Positions 55,301 to 64,000 of a stretch of DNA of 64,000 nt are shown piece after piece. The DNA lies in assembly GCA_951406725.2 (NCBI GenBank), contig OX597814.1, positions 42,532,001 to 42,596,000 on the forward strand, in the 5' to 3' direction. Every line of letters begins with the position of its first letter. Within the stretch, counting starts at the first letter, position 1. The notes beneath the pieces were generated by a model. The model ran no database searches. It saw nothing but the letters and a program-made list of their open reading frames with translations, and was not told where the DNA came from. This stretch comes from Octopus vulgaris. Lineage: Eukaryota. The position numbers and the translations under genes are program-made.

Positions 55301-56379
55301 ATTTTATATATATATAAACTGAATGACCAGACGATTACATTTTAAGCGAAATTATACCAACAGTTCAGCAAATGACATTTCCTAAAGTAATAATGCTTCG
55401 TTGAGATCCGTCATAATTGCGGGTATAGACATGAAATAATGTTAGTAAGATAGACTTTAGAGTGATATGTTGCCGTGTATATGCGAATGCCATTAAACAA
55501 TAACATTAAATACGCAGAATAATTAAACAATGGACTTGACACAATATCCCTGGTACACATGAAAGAAATTTATAGGTATAAACTATTATAGCCTTCTAAA
55601 TCATTAGTTATTGCATATATCTTCCAAAATAATGTAATAGACATGAATACACAAGATATCTGCCTAAGTAATATGTAATTAACAACACTAGATAGAAAAT
55701 CAATTACTGAATTTTGTAAACATCATCAGAATTTGTGAGAGAATATTCTATTTTCATGCAGACAGTAAATCTTTTAAGTGTGCATAATGCTGTTAATAAA
55801 AATAATCGACCACAGTAAATGATGTTACACATTAACGTTAGTCTCACACTAGAAATTGAAATTATACAAAAATATTTTGACGTTATTTAATTTTCCACAC
55901 ATTCAAACACTTACCTCGAAATCACTTCAGATTTGGAAGCATAATGCTTCAGGAAATTTTGCAAAGTTTCTATGAACACAGCTAAATGTATCTGCATATA
56001 TTTCGTCTGTATACGATGCATGGAAAATCATTTTGCAGTAGATATTTCAATTCAGCTCCGATGACAATATTTCTGACATAAAAATCATATTGTTCCTATT
56101 ACCGTGGGAATTGTGGGCAAACAATGATTAAAAGTTCGATATATCTAAATAAGGATAGCATTGGTCATATGTTGTGACGATGGAGTATAATTTCGTTCCT
56201 GTAAACTATTTACATATCTAACTTTCATATTAAACACGTAATATTTGACAGTATGGCATGATGAATAACATGAAACAAATATAGAGAAGCACCATTTGAA
56301 AGCTACACAATTGCAAGTCTCGTTTAACCACATAGCTATATGATTGTCAATACGCGCATGAGGTTTCTATATATTTATG

Positions 56380-56440
<61 letters not shown>

Positions 56441-56522
56441 ATATATATATATATATATATGTATCTATGTATGCATGTATGTATATATGCATGTATATAT
56501 ATATATTATGTATATCTATATA

Positions 56523-57090
56523 CGAGGTGTGATCAATAAGTATCCAGAGTCTTCCCATAGTAACGAAACTAAAGCACGCAGAGTGAAACCTCTAGGCAAA
56601 TATTGGCCATGACCTCCGTTGTGCATGCGCTCTAATTTATAGCATTCTAGCTCACTTCTGCTGTTTACAGCAGTGCTTGGCATGAAGATGTATAGCATGT
56701 GATCGTCGCATTGACCATGACAACGAAGGAGTGTATGGAAAGGAGTGTATAAGCCGCACACAAGTGTACGAGTTGTTCAGGTGTTTCGAGCTGGCTGAAA
56801 ACATGTCAATATTCACGAAGGGTGTGAGACCTGCAACAAGCAGAAATTAGTAAAACATCGCAGATGTGCGTACAGCTCTGACAGAAACCGTCGAATCACC
56901 ATCCGTGAATTATCAGATGTGCAGATTAGATACGGTTCAGTTCCATCGATAATCATTGACAGTTTGTGTATCAGACGGGTCCCAGCCTAGTTCGTAGCAA
57001 AACTGCTTTCAGCTGACAAAAACGACACTCGGATTTCAGTCGCACAAGGTTTCTTTGATGTGTCTAGAACAATGAAAACTTTTTGAAAAC
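56523..57090 (+). mobile_element. Mariner transposon 5' part (pseudogene)
   Basis: TA|CGAGGTGTGATCAATAAGTATCC end. QVYE...RPATSR...NRRITIREL...GSV..II...RRVPA*FVAKLL (WVPxxL motif position). Confidence 0.8.
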
Positions 57091-57094
57091 TTTG

Positions 57095-57315
57095 CATGTG
57101 CCTCTGAGCATGTATCGCCAAGCTTTAGACAAAAATTTCATGCAAATTCTCTGTTCATCTTTGTCATGTTCAACATGACGATCACTCGCTACACACAATC
57201 CTTCCCAGCACAGCTGTAAACAGCAAGAGTGAGGTATAATACCAAAACTTAGTGCGCATGCACAGCAAAGTTCAGTCTCTAAGTAGCTTTTCTCTACGAG
57301 CTTTAGCTTTGTTAC
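57095..57315 (-). mobile_element. Related mariner 5' end in opposite orientation
   Basis: Reverse complement similar to 56560-56730, then EQRICMKF..KLG. Confidence 0.7.
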
Positions 57316-57376
57316 ATATGTATGTATGTATGTTTGTATATACATACATGTTTGTGTGTGCGTGTGTGTGTGAGTG

Positions 57377-57451
<75 letters not shown>

Positions 57452-57453
<2 letters not shown>

Positions 57454-57792
57454 GGCCAGAACGAGGTACGTCTTTGAGCTCAAAATTTCCATTTATGAAC
57501 TTGGCATACCAACAACGAGCGATTCTTTCAGTTATGGCACCTTCACCACACACAACGCAAATGTGGCGAGCAGATTCTGCGGTCTTAGAACCTTGATTAG
57601 AAGTAAAAGAATGCGTCGAAAATGCTCGTTTTTGTTAATTTGACATTCTATTTTAATGATCTGAAAATAAACAAAATTTAATTAAAATTAACCAAAAGAA
57701 AAAAAAACAAATCCATTCAAAAATAGAATTTCCGGAAAAAAATAGATAGCAAAAGTTTAAAAAAACGGCGGTAATTGAGTTGCCAACCCGAT
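57452..57792 (-). mobile_element. Mariner transposon, left TIR + transposase N-terminus
   Basis: TA|TCGGGTTGGCAACTCAATTACCGCCG end. [15 protein letters not shown]...[43 protein letters not shown]. Truncated at (TA)n. Confidence 0.88.
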
Positions 57793-58572
57793 ATATATAT
57801 ATATACATGTGTATGAATAATATATTGATGTATTTATGTATGTATATATGTATGTATGCATAATTAGATAATGAGAAGAACCCAATATGTTGGAAAAATT
57901 TGGTCTGTAAATTCAGGGAATAGATTAAATTATATTTGCCGATTGGAAAAATCAACTAATTCTCATTCATTAATTGTTCTTGCGTACTTGGCAACTCTGT
58001 TGTAGGGCTTGTACCAATTACTCAAGTAAATTTGGCCTATAAATATAAATGTTGCTGCTAAAACAACGCTTAGACATTTCCTTGGATTTCAGATTTTTTT
58101 TACTTAAACATCAATTACAAAGGAGGGGTGCATCCAAATAATTGAAAGCAGATGATGTGAATGCATTTAATAAGGTTAATGTGGTAAGAATTCTAATACG
58201 CTTGTAGTACCATAAAATATTGCTTAACTCATATATATAATTTAATGGTTTAACACATGGGTACATACTAAACTTTGCGATGTGAGACAATGATTTCAGT
58301 TGGACTATATCGAATTATAAAACATCAGTCAATCGTATTATGTTCGTTAATGGAAGTCATTAGTAAATCACACTTGAACAGTAACAATCTTTCGATAATT
58401 TGATACAAAGCTTACGATACAAAAACAAAAACGTAAAAAACAACCCACGCCCATTTATAGTTTTATGATTCTATGCCTGCATGTATATCATGTGTGCGTG
58501 TGTGTGTATATATACATATACATATATTTGTTTATTTATTTATTCATTCATAATTAATAAATATGATATTTG

Positions 58573-58606
<34 letters not shown>

Positions 58607-58699
58607 AATATATATACAAATATATATACATATATACAGGAGTCCATGTGTATATCTATCTATATATCTATATCTATTTATCTATGTTTCAACAAGTGT

Positions 58700-58850
58700 C
58701 TGTGTTGTAAGAAGCTTGCTTCTCAATCACATGGTTCCGGTTTCAGTCCCACAGCTTCGTACCTTCGGCAAGTGCCTTCTACTGTAGCCTGAGGTCAATC
58801 AAACTTTCTGAGTGGATTGTGTAGACGGAAACTGAAAGACGACCGTCGTA
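58700..58850 (+). mobile_element. SINE family A, 5' half
   Basis: Matches 9757-9903. Confidence 0.8.
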
Positions 58851-58876
58851 TTAATTAATTCGCCCCCCTTTTTTGA

Positions 58877-58934
<58 letters not shown>

Positions 58935-58954
58935 CACACATATATATATATATA

Positions 58955-59014
<60 letters not shown>

Positions 59015-59017
59015 TAA

Positions 59018-59142
59018 TTGTTTTACTTGTTTCAGTCATTTGTTGTGGGCATGCTGGAGCACAATTTTAGACGAATAAACCGACCCCGAGACTTATTCCT
59101 TGTAAGCCACGTACTTATTCTATCGGTTTCTATTGCCGAATC
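59018..59142 (-). mobile_element. SINE family A tail
   Basis: ttttacttgtttcagtcatttg...catgctggagcac...gtacttattctatcgg. Confidence 0.78.
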
Positions 59143-59309
59143 ACTATGTGATTTCCACCGCCCCAAGGGAGCAGAATTTCCCACTTTGAGAACTACAGGT
59201 CTAAATAATTATAGCATGTACAGTTGTAGGAATTTTCCTAAGTAAATCGTGATTATGGAGTGACTGTCTCTGAAGACTGTGGCTTATCATTTGAATGAAG
59301 TCACACTTC

Positions 59310-59590
59310 ATGCCTATTCCCTCGCCACTAAACCCCTCACCAGTGAGAAGAACCGAAGAGTAAAGTTAGGTTTGTCAATGTACCCTTACTTTGGACGGAT
59401 GACAACAGGTCGCATGTGTTCTTCGGTGATGAAATTAAGTTCAATTTAGTTAGCTCCGGTGGTAGAAACTACTTCAAACGCCGTAAAAAAGAAATATTGC
59501 TACCTAAATGCATGAAGATATCAGTGAATTTAGAGGTGGAGGTTTAATGGTATGGGAATGATTTCTGAAGCAGGTTTTGGGCCTCGTTCT
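59310..59590 (+). mobile_element. Tc1-family transposase fragment
   Basis: KPLTSEKNRR...WTDDNRSHVFFGDEIKFNL...RGGGLMVW. Confidence 0.8.
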
Positions 59591-59759
59591 GCATCGTTCT
59601 GCGGTATGTTGTACTAGGTATGAGGCTAGATATATAATCTTTTTGTCATCATTCCAGGAGATTAATAGGTCCCAAGCAAAAGCAACATTCTGCCATTGAT
59701 AAACAAGAATGCAGTCTGGCGACATTCACTGAGTGTTATAGGTTGTTTCCGGAGCCCAA

Positions 59760-60070
59760 GCAATTGAAAAACAACTATGTTCAGAGATAGATGAAGGAAC
59801 TTCTAGAATTTCTGGAACTTCAGGAAGGAGAAACCATCTGCAATACGAATTGCCAACAAGTAGACAAGTTGATTCGAGAAGACAAAAGATTCACAATCTG
59901 TGAGCTTACTGCACAGAAGGACTGCGATCACAAAACGTTACAAATGATACCTAAAGGTCTGGGATATCAGAAATAAAGTGCACAATGAGTGTCTCAGCAA
60001 CTCACACAACATCTAAAGGAGAAAACGCTAAAAGTTGGCCCTGACCTACTGGAAGCATTTGAAACCAACA
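59760..60070 (+). mobile_element. Mariner transposase fragment
   Basis: VDKLIREDKRFTICEL...LGYQK*SAQ*VSQQLT, i.e. the LG..K.SARWVP..LT region. Confidence 0.7.
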
Positions 60071-60584
60071 AAAACACGTTTCTTTTCTGATTAAACTTGG
60101 ACGTAACTCTATGATCTCCCAGTCAATACTCAGCCCATTATATGACGTTAAAACTCTTTCCAAACAAGTATCTAATGCATGGCTTGTGAGATTACAAGCA
60201 AGTTCCTCCGTTAGATTTTCTCCTGCAATTAACAACACTTGGTTGGAGATTATTTTGAAGTGTACCTTTTTATAGTAGACTTACTCAATTATGTGCAATT
60301 GGAAAACATAGATCAGTTACAAAAAAAAAAAACGCTATACCTGCTTTCACGTTACTTTCATTTTAACAATAGTATACTGCGCTTTAAACCTATACATATA
60401 TTCATGGTGAGAAAATTTATGTGGTAAAACTAATAATTGTTAGATTTTCTTCCCTTAACTAACAATAAACGATTAGAAATATACAGTATTGTGACACCAA
60501 ATATTTTGTTCGTCTATTCATACTGAAGGCGTCCAAATGCAACACGCTTGTGGTTAATAAATGCATCGCTATTTTTTTCACTTT

Positions 60585-60648
60585 AATTTAGCTTCATATT
60601 TCTTCAATTTAGCTTCATATTTCTTCAATTTAGCTTCATATTTTTTTC
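60585..60648. repeat. 21-bp tandem repeat x3
   Basis: AATTTAGCTTCATATTTCTTC repeated, third copy imperfect. Confidence 0.85.
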
Positions 60649-61154
60649 ATTTCATGAAAGCTTAACGATCTTCATTTAATAACGTACTAAGTAACTTCAC
60701 ATCATTCAAAATTTAACTTATTCTCTATATAAATACATAATTATACTATATGAGAATTTATAAGAAATAAATTCTACTTAAGCAAAGTTATTGATTTCAT
60801 TCATTTTCTTGTGTATCCAAAGAGAATGTAAAAGATATGTATTCATCTCTCATCCAACCCACCCCTTGGAGATTCACTCGTCAAAGTTCTCTTTGCGTTA
60901 TTTTCTCTCCAAACTGACCATTATTTATTCCCAATAAATTAACATTTCCATGCGGCGGAAAGTAAACGTTAGGCAATTCTAATTACATTACATAAAACCC
61001 ATCTAAATATGCATTAAATAATTTATTTTCGCTATGGTTATTTAGTGCGTACAAATTAAACATTCCACAGGCAGAATACGTGTATGTGTGTGAGAGAGAG
61101 GTGGGGGCGGAGGGAAAGAGTATGCATATATATATGTGTGTGTGTGTATACATA

Positions 61155-61245
<91 letters not shown>

Positions 61246-61248
61246 ATG

Positions 61249-61289
<41 letters not shown>

Positions 61290-61306
61290 TTGTGTGTGTG
61301 TGTGTG

Positions 61307-61354
<48 letters not shown>

Positions 61355-61358
<4 letters not shown>

Positions 61359-61397
61359 AGTTTCAGCTCAGAGCTGCGACCATGCTGATGCACCGCC
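61355..61397 (-). mobile_element. Tail-only LINE/SINE fragment
   Basis: Minus: GGCGGTGCATCAGCATGGTCGCAGCTCTGAGCTGAAAC. Confidence 0.6.
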
Positions 61398-61498
61398 GTT
61401 TTGCGCTACACTGTTATTACTAAGAGCCTCCTCTAATATGTGGCACTTGATGAAGAATTGAGTTTGATATAGCTACCCTCATTTATATATATAAATGA

Positions 61499-61541
<43 letters not shown>

Positions 61542-61589
61542 AATATATAGGCATGCATATATCTATCTACATCTCTCTATGTGTGTAGC

Positions 61590-61725
61590 GTCACGCGTGG
61601 CTGAGGCGTACGAAGCTTGCTTCTAAACCACAGTGAGGCATCGTCGGCAAGTGTCCTCTACTATAGCCTTGGGCCGACTAAAGCCTTGTGAGTCGATTTG
61701 GTAAAGGCAACAGAAACAAGCCCCT
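61590..61725 (+). mobile_element. SINE family A, degraded 5' half
   Basis: gtggctg...agcttgcttc...ggcaagtgtcctctactatagccttgggccgactaaagccttgtgagt. Confidence 0.75.
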
Positions 61726-61759
61726 CTAATTTGTTGATTTCAGCAATCACTATCCTATA

Positions 61760-63062
61760 TTTGCATATCTTTTGTCTGCTCGAATCAACTTATCTACTTG
61801 TTGGCAATCGCATTGCAGATGGTTTCTCCTCATTGCCAACTGTAATATATATATATATCCTTTTTTAGAAGCAACAAACTCTACGTTGTTCTGACGGGCC
61901 GCCGGCTGGCTGACCGCTTCACCGAACATCTACGAGATTTTCGGCTATGTGTTCGCGTCGCCCGTCATTCCCGCTTGGCCAACCAAAACCACCTCTAGTA
62001 TCTCCGTTTTTGGACTCGCCCTACACCATGGATCCTCACACTCTCGATTCCGTCAGAAACAGGGTTACGTATTCAGTCTGCAGACCGTCTCTGCAACCTC
62101 CTTAGTAAACAATCTTTATTTTATCCTATCTTATATCCACACAGTTTTTTTTACGCTGTTATACTCTTTTTTTTTTCGATTTGTTATCGTTTTTTCCGTC
62201 GAATTTTTTAATTCAAAAATAAAATGTTTAATTGTATTAAAATTTTATATTTTTTATAATTGTGCTAACTTCTGTTATTCTTTTTATTTTTTATCTTTTA
62301 TCAGTAGTTTTGTAATTTCTTATTAATTAATTTTGGTTTTTTTCATTTTTTACCTTTCCCCGTTTCCCCTATATTTTATAAATTTTTTAAAAATCTTATT
62401 TTACATACACACACGTATATATATATATACACACACACGCACACCCACACACATGAGCGCACATATATTTCCCATACATCACGTACTCTTCCCACACACA
62501 TCATGCACATACATGCACACCCATACATACACGTGCGCGCATACACACCGCACATACACACACATACACATGTGTGTATGTGTGTATATGGGCGCGCACA
62601 AAGAAGAAACATTCAACTACACAAAAGACCGCTCTTCTTACCATGCAGCTGTATTCTTCCTACCTTAACAGACGCAAAATTCACTCATACATACACATAT
62701 AAACAGCCAACACTACACACATACAGCACACACACATACATACACCTGCATGCGCACACATACTCACACACATACACATTGATGTCTCCTTTTCCTACAC
62801 TCTCCTGCCTTAGAAATAACTTTTTCTTTACCCATTCTCTTCCGGTCAATTCAACATGTAACCATATGTGGGTCGTTGGCGAATCCTCACCTCCGTCTTC
62901 CTTTTGTCTTGGACTATCCTCTGTCTCCTGTTTCTGAAGAAGAATTTTGCTCGAAACGTAATACTACTTTTCCTTCGTTCCCTGAACGTGTGCTTATACT
63001 TTGCATGTACCACGTCCTCGCGTTGTATTTTCTTGTGTTTTTCTTCGATTTTTTTTTTGTAT
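61760..63062 (+). mobile_element. Penelope-like element 3' end: GIY-YIG remnant, low-complexity UTR, hammerhead
   Basis: VIY.IS...LYVVLTGRRLADRFTEHLRD...VARH...ISVFGL...YVFSLQT (61830-62110). HHR at 62930. Linking the two across the microsatellite-rich UTR is inferred. Confidence 0.72.
62930..62964 (+). ncRNA. Minimal type-I hammerhead of a PLE pLTR
   Basis: GUUU-CUGAAGA-A-GAAUUUUGCUC-GAAA-CG-UA-AUAC: intact core, palindromic ACGU helix III, weakened helices I and II. Confidence 0.55.
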
Positions 63063-63380
63063 TAATTAATTATATATATATATATATATATAATTTCAAC
63101 AATTGAGGGTAACATTAATTAATTATTAATCAATTTCACCAAGTGTTCAGTATGCAAAGGGACCATTTAAGGCGAATTCAAATTATTACATTATATAAAA
63201 GGGCTTAGTAAAGTAAATTACTTTGCCGCATACTGAACTCATTAGAAATAGCAGCCAAAAAACTTTTTTAAAGCTATTTCTAATACTTAAAGAAAATCTC
63301 TCTCATATATAGTGTTTGCTTAATTCAACTCACAAAAGTTTGGGGGTAAGGACATCAATAAATCAAATGCTAAGGTTATT

Positions 63381-63432
63381 TGAGAACGTACGTTTCAAGA
63401 TTAGTCAAAACAACATTTCTATCTTCAGCTCA
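63381..63432 (-). ncRNA. Minimal type-I hammerhead, unit 1
   Basis: UGAG-CUGAAGA-U-AGA...UCU-U-GAAA-C-GUAC-G-UU-CUCA: intact core, 4-bp helix I, palindromic GUAC helix III loop. Confidence 0.7.
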
Positions 63433-63926
63433 GAAACTCCTTGGTTTGGATTTGGAAACACTGAAAGTAAGAACATACCCTTTCGAAGATCCGCTCGTAA
63501 CTAACAGTGCCAACAAACCCAAAATAAGCAAGCGAAGAATTTCTGTTCTCCCCTTTCCACCAGCGTGGGTTAAAATCATCAAACACTATGCTTATTTCGG
63601 TAAATCCGAAGAAATTAATTAGAGGGAGATTAATTATAATTTCAACAATTGAGGGTAACATTAATTAATTATTAATCAATTTCACCAAGTGTTCAGTATG
63701 CAAAGGGACCATTTAAGGCGAATTCAAATTATTACATTATATAAAAGGGCTTAGTAAAGTAAATTACTTTGCCGCATACTGAACTCATTAGAAATAGCAG
63801 CCAAAAAACTTTTTTAAAGCTATTTCTAATACTTAAAGAAAATCTCTCTCATATATAGTGTTTGCTTAATTCAACTCACAAAAGTTTGGGGGTAAGGACA
63901 TCAATAAATCAAATGCTAAGGTTATT

Positions 63927-63978
63927 TGAGAACGTACGTTTCAAGATTAGTCAAAACAACATTTCTATCTTCAGCTCA
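63927..63978 (-). ncRNA. Minimal type-I hammerhead, unit 2
   Basis: Identical to 63381-63432, offset by 546 bp. Confidence 0.7.
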
Positions 63979-64000
63979 GAAACTCCTTGGTATGGATTTG

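Larger units (their letters stand above)
63091..64000 (-). repeat. 546-bp tandem repeat (at least 1.67 units), retrozyme-like
   Basis: 63091-63636 is repeated from 63637 to the window end. I see one substitution (ggtttgg/ggtatgg) in about 364 compared bases. One HHR per unit on the minus strand. Confidence 0.92.

Noticed and set aside
60585-60648. Short direct repeats (also 41101-41141, 14615-14656, 24572-24607) as a CRISPR-like array
   Set aside because: Contiguous tandem duplications without spacers, consistent with slippage.
63241-63254. TAGAAATAGCA resembles the engineered Cas9 sgRNA tetraloop region
   Set aside because: Only about 11 nt match. It is one arm of a local hairpin, and no Cas/TnpB/Fanzor ORF or other scaffold parts are present.

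Overview
AT-rich, microsatellite-saturated animal non-coding DNA. The SINE families and repeat landscape resemble an octopus (cephalopod) genome, which is an inference and not a database result. I found no intact protein-coding gene, and almost all ORFs in the track are translated (TA)n/(CA)n/(ATT)n/(GATA)n repeats. The window is a mosaic of decayed mobile elements: CR1-group LINEs, RTE LINEs, a rearranged Dong/R4-type element, several Penelope-like (PLE, RT + GIY-YIG) remnants, Tc1/mariner fossils and MITEs, three tRNA-headed SINE families, and a TA-flanked TIR element carrying a Ulp1/C48-type protease pseudogene. The main signal is at the RNA level. About ten type-I hammerhead ribozyme (HHR) motifs occur in sequence-unrelated repeats. 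They include a near-identical 546-bp tandem repeat with one minimal HHR per unit (retrozyme-like), inverted HHR pairs, and a tRNA-headed HHR SINE. Four HHR-bearing families also share a 3'-terminal structure I cannot name (long stem - CAC(U/A) - GG[hairpin]CC - CU(C/A)) with covarying stems. All structures were folded by eye.
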